64,000 nucleotides of DNA from Nitrospirota bacterium (GTDB lineage: Bacteria > Nitrospirota > Thermodesulfovibrionia > Thermodesulfovibrionales > Dissulfurispiraceae): contig JBFLWF010000001.1 in assembly GCA_040758355.1 (NCBI GenBank), positions 32,001-96,000 of the forward strand, read 5' to 3'. The translations under genes were made by a program, and so were the position numbers. The notes under the pieces are model-generated. The model saw nothing but the letters and a program-made list of their open reading frames with translations, did not search any database and had not been told where the DNA came from. Below are positions 10,386 through 18,970 of the stretch, piece by piece. Position 1 is the first letter of the stretch, and each line of letters opens with the position of its first letter.

Positions 10386-12176
10386 ATGTCTAAAAATATA
10401 AGAAACTTTTCAATTATCGCCCATATAGACCACGGCAAGTCTACTCTTGCAGACAGGCTTCTGGAGATCACAGGAGCGTTGAGTTCAAGGGAGATGACGG
10501 AGCAGGTGCTGGACTCCATGGATCTCGAAAGAGAGAGAGGAATCACGATCAAGGCCCATGCCGTAAGATTGAATTATAAAGCGGGTGACGGAAATTCTTA
10601 CATACTGAATCTCATCGATACGCCCGGACATGTGGACTTTTCCTACGAGGTTTCCAGGAGCCTTGCATCATGCGAGGGAAGTCTTTTAGTAGTCGATGCC
10701 ACACAGGGAGTGGAGGCACAGACCCTTGCAAATACGTATCTTGCTGTTGAGCATAACCATGAGATAATCCCTGTCATTAACAAAATAGACCTGCCCGGCG
10801 CAGAGCCTGAAAGGGTTAAAGGTCAGATAGAAGATGCCATTGGAATAGACTGCTCGGAAGCAATCCTCGCAAGTGCAAAAGAGGGAATAGGCATAAAGGA
10901 AATACTCGAGGCTATCGTAAAAAAGGTGCCTCCTCCGAAAGGCATCGATGCAAGCCCGCTCAGGGCATTGATATTCGATTCATGGTTTGATAATTATCAG
11001 GGGGTCATAGTCCTTGTCAGAATATTTGACGGGGTAATACGTCCTGGCATGAAAATAAAATTAATGGCAACGGACAAGGAGTACGAGGTTACAAAGGTTG
11101 GTGTATTTACGCCCAAGATGCAGGAGGCATTACAGCTCTCTTCAGGCGAGGTAGGTTATATAATTGCAGGCATAAAGAATGTGGGCGACACAAAAATAGG
11201 AGACACGATAACAGATGCAAACAAGCCTGCAGAAAGGGCTTTGCCGGGATACAAAGAGATTAAGCCCATGGTTTTTTGCGGTCTTTATCCTATCGAGACG
11301 CACCAGTATGAAGACTTAAAGACCTCCCTCGAAAAGCTGAGGCTCAATGATTCATCTTTCAGCTTCGAGCCAGAGACATCGTCTGCCCTCGGATTCGGCT
11401 TCAGGTGCGGATTTCTTGGGCTCCTCCACATGGAGATAATAAAGGAGAGGCTCGAAAGGGAGTTTGAGCTCTCGCTTATCAGCACCGCGCCCACGGTTAT
11501 TTACAGGGTAACTGACATGGCCGGCAAAGAGGTCTATATGGATAACCCGAGCAGCCTTCCCGATAGATACCAGAAGATAGAGGAGCCTTTTGTAAATGTG
11601 ACGATCTTCGTGCCGCAGACTTACATAGGCCAGATACTTGATCTCTGTCAGGAAAAGCGGGGCATACAAAAGGAATTCAGCTATATAAGCCAGGACAGGA
11701 TTATGGTCACGTACGAGCTGCCTCTGAACGAAATACTATGGGACTTTTACGACAGGCTTAAGTCTGTCTCAAAGGGTTATGCATCTATGGATTACGAATT
11801 CCTCGGATACAGGGAATCCAGCCTCATCAAGCTCGATATACTGCTTAACGGAGAGCCTGTGGATGCCCTTTCCTTGATTGTGCATAAGGACAAGGCTTAT
11901 TATAAGGGCAGGCAGATTGCAGAAAAATTGAGGGAGGTTATTCCGAGACAACTCTTCGAGATCGCCATTCAGGCTGCCATAGGCGGAAAGGTTATAGCAA
12001 GGGAAAGCGTAAAGGCGCTGAGAAAGAATGTCCTTGCAAAGTGTTACGGCGGAGATATAACAAGGAAGAGGAAGCTTATCGAGAAACAGAAGGAAGGGAA
12101 AAAGAGGATGAAGCAGATCGGAAAGGTGGAGATACCACAGGAGGCGTTCCTGTCTGTATTGCAGGTTAAGGAATAA
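10386..12176 (+). CDS. lepA: Elongation factor 4 (LepA)
   Basis: [42 protein letters not shown]. Confidence 0.97.
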   Translation: MSKNIRNFSIIAHIDHGKSTLADRLLEITGALSSREMTEQVLDSMDLERERGITIKAHAVRLNYKAGDGNSYILNLIDTPGHVDFSYEVSRSLASCEGSLLVVDATQGVEAQTLANTYLAVEHNHEIIPVINKIDLPGAEPERVKGQIEDAIGIDCSEAILASAKEGIGIKEILEAIVKKVPPPKGIDASPLRALIFDSWFDNYQGVIVLVRIFDGVIRPGMKIKLMATDKEYEVTKVGVFTPKMQEALQLSSGEVGYIIAGIKNVGDTKIGDTITDANKPAERALPGYKEIKPMVFCGLYPIETHQYEDLKTSLEKLRLNDSSFSFEPETSSALGFGFRCGFLGLLHMEIIKERLEREFELSLISTAPTVIYRVTDMAGKEVYMDNPSSLPDRYQKIEEPFVNVTIFVPQTYIGQILDLCQEKRGIQKEFSYISQDRIMVTYELPLNEILWDFYDRLKSVSKGYASMDYEFLGYRESSLIKLDILLNGEPVDALSLIVHKDKAYYKGRQIAEKLREVIPRQLFEIAIQAAIGGKVIARESVKALRKNVLAKCYGGDITRKRKLIEKQKEGKKRMKQIGKVEIPQEAFLSVLQVKE

Positions 12177-12196
12177 GGAGGATATGACAGGCAGAC

Positions 12197-12814
12197 ATGA
12201 AAAGACAGAGTAAACTATGGGAATACACAAAGGCCATTGGCACTGCATTGATACTTGCCCTTATTATCAGGACGTATGTTGTTCAGGCATTCAAGATTCC
12301 GTCAGGCTCAATGCTTCAAACCCTTCTGATTGGAGATCACATTCTTGTAAATAAATTTATATACGGCACAAAGATGCCTTTTTCCGATAACAGGCTCCTC
12401 ATTTTTACAAAACCGAAAAGAGGGGATATTGTCGTCTTTAAGTACCCTGAAGACCCGAGCAGGGACTTCATAAAAAGGGTTATTGCAGTTGAAGGCGATA
12501 TAATCGAGTCAAAGAAAAAAACAATATATGTTAATGGAAATCCAATAAATGAATCCTATGTGCAGCATACCGATAATTCTGCCAATTCTATGCGTACTGG
12601 CACTATAGAGCCGAGGGACAATTTTGGCCCATACCTTGTTCCCAAGAATAAGCTATTTGTTATGGGAGACAACAGGGATCAGAGCTACGACAGCAGGTAC
12701 TGGGGCTATGTGGACATGAAAGAAGTAAAAGGCAAGGCATTTATCATTTACTGGTCATGGAATAACATGAAAAAAATGCCGAGAATCGGAAGGATAGGGA
12801 AACTGATACATTAA
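12197..12814 (+). CDS. lepB: Signal peptidase I
   Basis: IPSGSM, FIKRV, MGDNRDQSYDSRYWG. Confidence 0.95.
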   Translation: MKRQSKLWEYTKAIGTALILALIIRTYVVQAFKIPSGSMLQTLLIGDHILVNKFIYGTKMPFSDNRLLIFTKPKRGDIVVFKYPEDPSRDFIKRVIAVEGDIIESKKKTIYVNGNPINESYVQHTDNSANSMRTGTIEPRDNFGPYLVPKNKLFVMGDNRDQSYDSRYWGYVDMKEVKGKAFIIYWSWNNMKKMPRIGRIGKLIH

Positions 12815-12818
12815 TGCC

Positions 12819-13484
12819 ATGTTTACCGGATTGATAATAGAACTTGGCGAAGTGGTCTCTCTTGAGAAAAAGACAGAGAGCGCCAGACTGTCCATAAAGG
12901 CTTCCGAGGTTGTAAAGGATGCAGCCCTCGGAGACAGCATTGCCATAAACGGTGTATGCCTTACTGTGGTGAATATGGAAAAGGATATCCTCTCCTTCGA
13001 TGTTTCATATGAAACCCTGAAGAGCACAAATCTCGGAAATCTTAAAAGGGCCGATAGAGTTAATCTTGAGCCTTCCCTCAGGCCGAATTCGAAATTAGGC
13101 GGGCACTTTGTTACAGGCCATGTGGAAGATATAGGAAAAATAAGAAGCAAAGCTCCATTGGGTAATGCTTTAAGGATCGAGATAGAAACGCCGGATAATG
13201 TATTGAGATATCTTGTTGAGAAAGGCTCTGTTGCAGTTGACGGCATAAGCCTGACAGTCGTGGATGTATTAAAGGATGCATTCAGTGTCGTGATAATTCC
13301 ACATACCGCAAAGATGACAACAATTGGATTTAAAAATGTGGGAGATACTGTCAATCTCGAGCCGGATATCCTCGGGAAATATGTGGCAAAGTTTTTAGCC
13401 GGCAGTCAGCAATCAGCAGTCAGCAGTCAGGATAAAGACAAAGAGCTTTTGTCAGCACTCAAACAATCTGGTTTTATATCCTGA
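12819..13484 (+). CDS. ribE: Riboflavin synthase (alpha chain)
   Basis: MFTGLI start, SIAINGVCLT, GGHFVTGHV, VDGISLT. Confidence 0.95.
   Translation: MFTGLIIELGEVVSLEKKTESARLSIKASEVVKDAALGDSIAINGVCLTVVNMEKDILSFDVSYETLKSTNLGNLKRADRVNLEPSLRPNSKLGGHFVTGHVEDIGKIRSKAPLGNALRIEIETPDNVLRYLVEKGSVAVDGISLTVVDVLKDAFSVVIIPHTAKMTTIGFKNVGDTVNLEPDILGKYVAKFLAGSQQSAVSSQDKDKELLSALKQSGFIS
13402..13429. repeat. 7-nt unit GCAGTCA x4, in-frame in the ribE C-terminus
   Basis: gcagtca gcaatca gcagtca gcagtca, encoding GSQQSAVSSQ. Confidence 0.85.
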
Positions 13485-14241
13485 TTATATCTCCATCTTT
13501 CAGCAACCGCAGGTTTTTTATCTTAAGCCTTTCCAACTCTTTCTTAATGGCCCTGAAGTGCTGTGGTTTTGGATGCGTAATGCATATCTGTTCCGGCATC
13601 TGTTTTATCTTCATTAACTCCTCTTTTAATAACTGTGGCGTAAGATGTCCTGTCATTATTGACATATCCCTCATCGCATTAGGGAAGGATGCCTCGATTA
13701 TCAGGCAATGAATCTTTTTGTCTCCTATCTTTTTCCATGTGGAATCGGTAGGGCCTGTGTCGCCTGTATAAAAAAAGCGTTTATTCTTTGCATCCTCTAC
13801 CAAGTATCCAACTGCCGGGACAGAATGAGTGACCCTGTATGCTGTAATCTTATAATCATTTATTCTCATTGACTTGCCTGATTTTAGCTCCCTGTATCTC
13901 AGCACGGCATTCTCATAATCCGGTATCATCGTAAAATCGGGCCAGAGGGAATCGTTCAGGAGGTTTTTCTTTATGGTCTTTATCACAGACGGGATACTGA
14001 TAATGTTTACTCGCTGTCTCCTTTTTGCAACGATTATATTGTCCGCAAGGAATGAGATGCCCCTTATGTGGTCGAGGTGTGCATGGGTAATGAATATATC
14101 CTTTATCTTTGCCTGGGCATTTTTGTCAAGGACATTTGTAAGGCTGCCTGCATCGAATAATATTTCATTGTCAAGCAGAAAGCCCGGAGGATTATGACCT
14201 GGAAATTCTGCGCCGGAACATCCAAGGACTTTTATCCTCAT
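13474..14241 (-). CDS. MBL-fold 3',5'-cyclic nucleotide phosphodiesterase (class II-like)
   Basis: VLGCSG, DAGS, THAHLDH, LNDSLWPDF, YTGDTG, GHLTP. Confidence 0.8.
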   Translation of the reverse strand: MRIKVLGCSGAEFPGHNPPGFLLDNEILFDAGSLTNVLDKNAQAKIKDIFITHAHLDHIRGISFLADNIIVAKRRQRVNIISIPSVIKTIKKNLLNDSLWPDFTMIPDYENAVLRYRELKSGKSMRINDYKITAYRVTHSVPAVGYLVEDAKNKRFFYTGDTGPTDSTWKKIGDKKIHCLIIEASFPNAMRDMSIMTGHLTPQLLKEELMKIKQMPEQICITHPKPQHFRAIKKELERLKIKNLRLLKDGDIIRI

Positions 14242-15332
14242 ACTGCTATCTCCATTTCTTTATACGCCTTTAAAAAAGCATTGACCACATCAGGGTCGAA
14301 CTGAGAGCCTGCGTACTTTTTAAGCTCTTTAAAAGCAACATCAAAGCTTAAACCTTTTCTGTAAGGCCTCTCCGTTGTCATGGCATCGAATGTATCTGCA
14401 ACAGCAATAATCCTCGCAACAATTGGTACATCATTACCCTTCATGCCATCCGGATAACCTGAGCCGTCATATTTTTCGTGGTGGTATTTCACACCCGGCA
14501 CCACGCTCTTTAACTGCCTTATGTGGTTAAGAATCTCTGCCCCGAATACTGTATGCATCATTATTTTCTTAAATTCATCCGATGTCAATTTATCGTTTTT
14601 AAGCAGCACATCATCTCTTATGCCGATCTTTCCTATATCATGAAGGATAGCAGAAAGTTTAAGGTTTTCCATTTCTTTTTTTGAGAGCCCGATCATTCTT
14701 CCAATAGCAAGGCTGTAATTCATCACCCTCTTTGTGTGTCCTGCTGTGTACGGATCTCTTTTTTCTATGGTCTCTGCAAGGGCATGAATTGTTGCATAAA
14801 AGGTCTCCCTCAATTCATCATAAAGCCGTGCGTTCTCTATTGCTATGGCGACCTGATGGGAAAGGCCTGTCAGCAGATCGAGGTCGTCTGTATTAAAGGA
14901 CACGCCCTTTTTATTTATTGCCTGAAGCACGCCCACAAGTTTGTCCTTTGTTTTTACAGGCACGCATATCATGCTTTTGGTCGTAAACCCGCTCTTTTCA
15001 TCGGCGCCCTTAAAGAAGCGCGGGTCATTGCCTGCATCATTTATAATCACAGGCTCGTCATGCTCTGCGACCCAACCCGCAATCCCCTGGCCACTTTTAA
15101 GGCGAATGGTCTTGACCTTTTCTCCCTTTTCCCCGATGGCTACATCAAAATAGAGGTCGCCTGTCTCTTCGTCTAAGAACAGCAGGCTTCCTGCCTCTGT
15201 ATTTACGAGTTCTGTGGCAGCCTCTATGGCCCTCTTTCTTATCTCCGCAATATCAAGGGATGAATTAATAAGGGCTGATAATTCTATTAATGTATTGAGC
15301 TGTTTTATCCTCTCAGGACCGTCCGTTGTCAT
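14238..15332 (-). CDS. GAF domain + HD-GYP cyclic dinucleotide phosphodiesterase
   Basis: GAF (GIAGWV, LQAINK); RDPYTAGH, LHDIGKIG, HHEKYDGSGYP, VADTFDAMT. Confidence 0.9.
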   Translation of the reverse strand: MTTDGPERIKQLNTLIELSALINSSLDIAEIRKRAIEAATELVNTEAGSLLFLDEETGDLYFDVAIGEKGEKVKTIRLKSGQGIAGWVAEHDEPVIINDAGNDPRFFKGADEKSGFTTKSMICVPVKTKDKLVGVLQAINKKGVSFNTDDLDLLTGLSHQVAIAIENARLYDELRETFYATIHALAETIEKRDPYTAGHTKRVMNYSLAIGRMIGLSKKEMENLKLSAILHDIGKIGIRDDVLLKNDKLTSDEFKKIMMHTVFGAEILNHIRQLKSVVPGVKYHHEKYDGSGYPDGMKGNDVPIVARIIAVADTFDAMTTERPYRKGLSFDVAFKELKKYAGSQFDPDVVNAFLKAYKEMEIAV

Positions 15333-15422
15333 AATGGTTAAATTTTAGCATAAATTTTTATAGAATTGACTAATTTTTCCTCTCTAACAAACAAAGACAT
15401 AAAATGCTCATGCTGAGACCAC

Positions 15423-15464
15423 TGCAATTCTTTAATTGCAAAACCGGGTCAAAAAAACTATAAT
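15423..15464 (+). promoter_or_regulatory. Sigma70-type promoter with an overlapping inverted repeat; probably leaderless transcript
   Basis: TTGCAA (15436-41), 17 nt, TATAAT (15459-64), ATG 6 nt later with no RBS; TGCAATT-cttt-AATTGCA at 15423-15440 overlaps the -35 box. Confidence 0.6.
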
Positions 15465-15470
15465 TTCTCC

Positions 15471-15911
15471 ATGTGGCGTGAAAAGGATATTATAAGGGCA
15501 TATCAAAAAGGAGATGCCATTATTAAGGAAGGCGAAACAGGGAGAGAGATGTTCATTATCAAGTCGGGGTCTGTGGATGTGCTTAAGGGAGAGGAAGACA
15601 ATCAGATTCACCTTGCTACATTAGAGCGCGGAGATTTCTTCGGTGAAATGGCTATACTTGAAAATGAGCCACGATCTGCTACGGTTATAGCCAGAGAGGA
15701 GACGCATCTTCTTGTCCTGAACACAGGAAATTTTATGTTAAAAATAAGAAAAGACCCGACATTCGCCTTCAATATAATGCAAAAGATGAGCAGCAGAATC
15801 AGGCTTCTCAACGAAAAGCTACTGGGTCAGAAAGGCATCTCCACTGCAAACCATTCTGGAATAAACAAAGAGATTGCGGAAACAGAGTATTTAAAGGACG
15901 CAGGTCTTTAA
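15471..15911 (+). CDS. Stand-alone cyclic nucleotide-binding domain protein
   Basis: IIKEGETG.EMFIIKSG.V; phosphate-binding cassette GDFFGEMAILENEPRSATV; no HTH evident. Confidence 0.85.
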   Translation: MWREKDIIRAYQKGDAIIKEGETGREMFIIKSGSVDVLKGEEDNQIHLATLERGDFFGEMAILENEPRSATVIAREETHLLVLNTGNFMLKIRKDPTFAFNIMQKMSSRIRLLNEKLLGQKGISTANHSGINKEIAETEYLKDAGL

Positions 15912-15941
15912 ATTTAAAGGGAGGTTTTTGCCGGAAAGATA

Positions 15942-16697
15942 ATGAGCCGATTCAATACATTATTGAGGGAAGACCATTTATATATCATATCCGACCTTCA
16001 TTTAGGCAATCCCTCTTTTGTCCAGGGAAAGGGTTTTATTTCTTTCTTAAGGCATCTTTCAGAACAGAACATAGCGCTTTGCATCAATGGAGATGGTCTT
16101 GACCTTCTGCAGATGTCTTTCGCGAAATTGATGCTGGACTTTCCATTGATATTAAAGAATATCCAAAACTTCATGGCAAACGGCAAAAACAAGATATATT
16201 ATGTAGTCGGAAACCACGACATATATCTTGAAGCGTTTTTAGAGGATTCGCGTTTTTTTAACGTGGTTCCGTTTCTTGATGTTGTCTCCGGCAATAAGCG
16301 GATTCACATAGAACACGGACACCTTTATGACAGTTTTTTTTTGTATCATCCAGGCCTTTACACCCAGCTTACCAAATTTGCAGGCATGTGGTTAAAGCTC
16401 GCACCCGGGTTTTTCCATTTCTGGGATAAAATCACGCAGCATCTGGCATCGATAAAAAAAGGAAATACAAATGCCTTTCCGGTGGAGCGTGCCGGCATTG
16501 TATCTGCAGCCGCTGAAATCATGGAGAGGGGGGTCGATACGGTTATTTTTGGCCATACGCATCGTCCGGGCATATATGATCTGAAGGAAAACAGGAAATA
16601 TGCCAATACCGGGAGCTGGATTGGTGCGGCAGGTTATTACATTGAAATCAAAATGGGCGAAGTGAGTTTGAAGGAATGGAACGGTCTGGGCACGTGA
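15942..16697 (+). CDS. Calcineurin-like metallophosphoesterase (LpxH-like subfamily)
   Basis: SDLHLG, NGDGLD, GNHD, EHGH, FGHTH, NTGSW. Confidence 0.8.
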   Translation: MSRFNTLLREDHLYIISDLHLGNPSFVQGKGFISFLRHLSEQNIALCINGDGLDLLQMSFAKLMLDFPLILKNIQNFMANGKNKIYYVVGNHDIYLEAFLEDSRFFNVVPFLDVVSGNKRIHIEHGHLYDSFFLYHPGLYTQLTKFAGMWLKLAPGFFHFWDKITQHLASIKKGNTNAFPVERAGIVSAAAEIMERGVDTVIFGHTHRPGIYDLKENRKYANTGSWIGAAGYYIEIKMGEVSLKEWNGLGT

Positions 16698-18073
16698 GGC
16701 GTCACAAAAATCTTTTTATTGTTTTAATTTTTTTAATCCTGTTATTTATCCCTGCAACCTGTGCGTATGCGCAGGAGACAGTTACTGCAGAAGCCGATAA
16801 AGGCAGCAGTGACAACGGTCTTAGAGAGTTTTTTGAGAAGAATGTTACCGCTTCTCTTGAATATAAATTTTTCGGACATTTCCGTAAAGTAAAACAGGAT
16901 AATGCCCAATATGTCCATGAAATACTAATGAAGTTTGATGCAAAGTATGATTTTGATAAAAACACGAGTATCAGTTTAACGCCGATTATCCGGACAGACA
17001 CCAGACACTTTACCGCAGGGGTCATAGACAGATTACAGGAGACGGGGGAGCGCAAGTATCATTTTAATTTTAAGGAGGGATTCTTAGTAACACGCAGCAA
17101 AAATTTAGACCTTTATATAGGCAAGAAGATTTACTCATGGGGTAAGGCAGAGGGTTTTAACCCTACAGACAATATAAATCCATATGATTTTTTGGACTTT
17201 CCTGACAGGGAGAAGATAGGCGTCCTGTCAGCGGCTGTTGAATATTCCATGGGTAATTACTCCGTTGATATTGTATTTATCCCGTTTTTTACGCCCAGCC
17301 GTCTTCCAGGCCAGAGTAACAGATGGTCAGGCAATATAGAGGGTGAAACAACTAATTTTGACAATGTTATTATACCGTCCGATCTTAGCGGAGAAGTGCA
17401 CGAAAGAGACCTCCCTGCTAAAACTCTTGGCAACAGCCAGTTTGCAGGCCGTATAAAAACTACAATCAGCGGCTGGGACATGGCTTTGAGTTATTACAGA
17501 GGGTTTGACAGCGTGCCTGTTGTTGAAGAGGAAACTATCGGTTCAGCGAGACACTATACACCAAAGTATAACAGGATAAGTAATTACGGTTTGGCGATAG
17601 CTACCACTTTTGATAAGCTGGAAGTGCATGCAGAGGGAGCTTACAGGGATACAGCTAAAGGGTACGATGACGATTTTTTAGCCTATATAATAGGGGGGAG
17701 CTATAGCTGGGATGATTTGGGACTCGAATTTATAGAGAAGATAAGTCTTTATTTCGAATTTGCAGGTGAAAGGATTACAAATGCAAAGGACAGCAGGAAA
17801 AGATTCAGCTCTACGGATTACAGCCGCCCTTTAAAGAGGTCTGTCCTCGGAAGCCTGGTATTTAAGTTCAATGAGGATGTTGACCTCAGGATAGGTGGAA
17901 ACTATAACATCGACGAGTACGACCATTACATACAGCCTAAACTTACTTACAAGGTTTCGGATAAATTAAAGGTGAAGATAGGGTTGGATATTATGACCGG
18001 TCACAAAAATACATTCTGGGGCAAATGGAGGAACAACGACCGTGTCTTTACAAATGTCTTATGGTATTTCTAA
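16694..18073 (+). CDS. Putative outer-membrane beta-barrel protein (DUF1302-like)
   Basis: Signal peptide (AYA-QE), IGKKIYSWGKAEGFNPTD, amphipathic strands, C-terminal WYF; GTG start overlaps the upstream TGA (ORF track start 16676). Confidence 0.7.
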   Translation: MRRHKNLFIVLIFLILLFIPATCAYAQETVTAEADKGSSDNGLREFFEKNVTASLEYKFFGHFRKVKQDNAQYVHEILMKFDAKYDFDKNTSISLTPIIRTDTRHFTAGVIDRLQETGERKYHFNFKEGFLVTRSKNLDLYIGKKIYSWGKAEGFNPTDNINPYDFLDFPDREKIGVLSAAVEYSMGNYSVDIVFIPFFTPSRLPGQSNRWSGNIEGETTNFDNVIIPSDLSGEVHERDLPAKTLGNSQFAGRIKTTISGWDMALSYYRGFDSVPVVEEETIGSARHYTPKYNRISNYGLAIATTFDKLEVHAEGAYRDTAKGYDDDFLAYIIGGSYSWDDLGLEFIEKISLYFEFAGERITNAKDSRKRFSSTDYSRPLKRSVLGSLVFKFNEDVDLRIGGNYNIDEYDHYIQPKLTYKVSDKLKVKIGLDIMTGHKNTFWGKWRNNDRVFTNVLWYF

Positions 18074-18124
18074 TTAAGTCAATATCGTATATAATTGACT
18101 AATTTTAAGGAATAGGGGGTATTT

Positions 18125-18949
18125 ATGAGAAAGGAAGTATCATTAAAGGGGATAACAGAAATCTTTGTGCTCGTCTTTTTCCTGAGCTTTTCTTTTGCTT
18201 CTTTTACGGGCGTCCCTTATGCTGCGGCTGAAATGTCAGGGAAAGAGATAATGGAGAAACAGAAGAAACTTCAGCAGACAAATGATGAAAAGGAAATCCT
18301 CGCAATGAAGCTCGTTGATAAAAAAGGAAATGTTAAGGACAGAAAAATAGTCAGATATTCCATGAAGGCAGGCTCTGGACTTAACAAGATAATGATGGTC
18401 TTTCTGGAGCCAAAGGATGTTAAAGGGACAGGGCTTCTTACATGGGAGCAGAAAGACGGTGACGACGACCAGTGGTTATACCTGCCCGAGCTGGGGAAGG
18501 AGAAGCGCATCGCCTCTGGCGGGAAAAAGAATAAGTTCATGGGTACGGATTTCGCATTCGAAGACCTGAGGCCAGAGAATTTAACCGCGCACCAGTACAA
18601 TTCAATCGGGAGCGAGCAGATAGAAGGCAAAGACTGTTTTGTGATCGAGGCGCTGCCTGCAGGGAAGGAAGAAAAAGAAAGCGGTTACAGCAAAAGAAAA
18701 CTCTGGATAAGAAAGGACATCTTTTTTACCGTGAAAATAGAATATTATGACAAAAAAGGAAAACTCATAAAGGTTCAGGAAAATAAGAATGCAAAGAATG
18801 TTGCCGGCACTGTCTGGAGAAGCGATGAGATAGTTATGAAGGATTTGGGGGAAGAACACCAGACCTCTCTTATTGTCCAGAGCAGGAATGTAAATAAGGG
18901 GCTGGATGAGGACTTTTTCAGCCTTAGAAAACTGAAATCACCCGAGTAA
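18125..18949 (+). CDS. LolA-like outer-membrane lipoprotein-sorting family protein
   Basis: FLEPKDVKGTGLL, DDQWLYLP, RIAS, FMGTDFAFEDL, YSKRKLW. Confidence 0.85.
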   Translation: MRKEVSLKGITEIFVLVFFLSFSFASFTGVPYAAAEMSGKEIMEKQKKLQQTNDEKEILAMKLVDKKGNVKDRKIVRYSMKAGSGLNKIMMVFLEPKDVKGTGLLTWEQKDGDDDQWLYLPELGKEKRIASGGKKNKFMGTDFAFEDLRPENLTAHQYNSIGSEQIEGKDCFVIEALPAGKEEKESGYSKRKLWIRKDIFFTVKIEYYDKKGKLIKVQENKNAKNVAGTVWRSDEIVMKDLGEEHQTSLIVQSRNVNKGLDEDFFSLRKLKSPE

Positions 18950-18970
18950 TTTAAGGGTCAGGGGTAAGTT

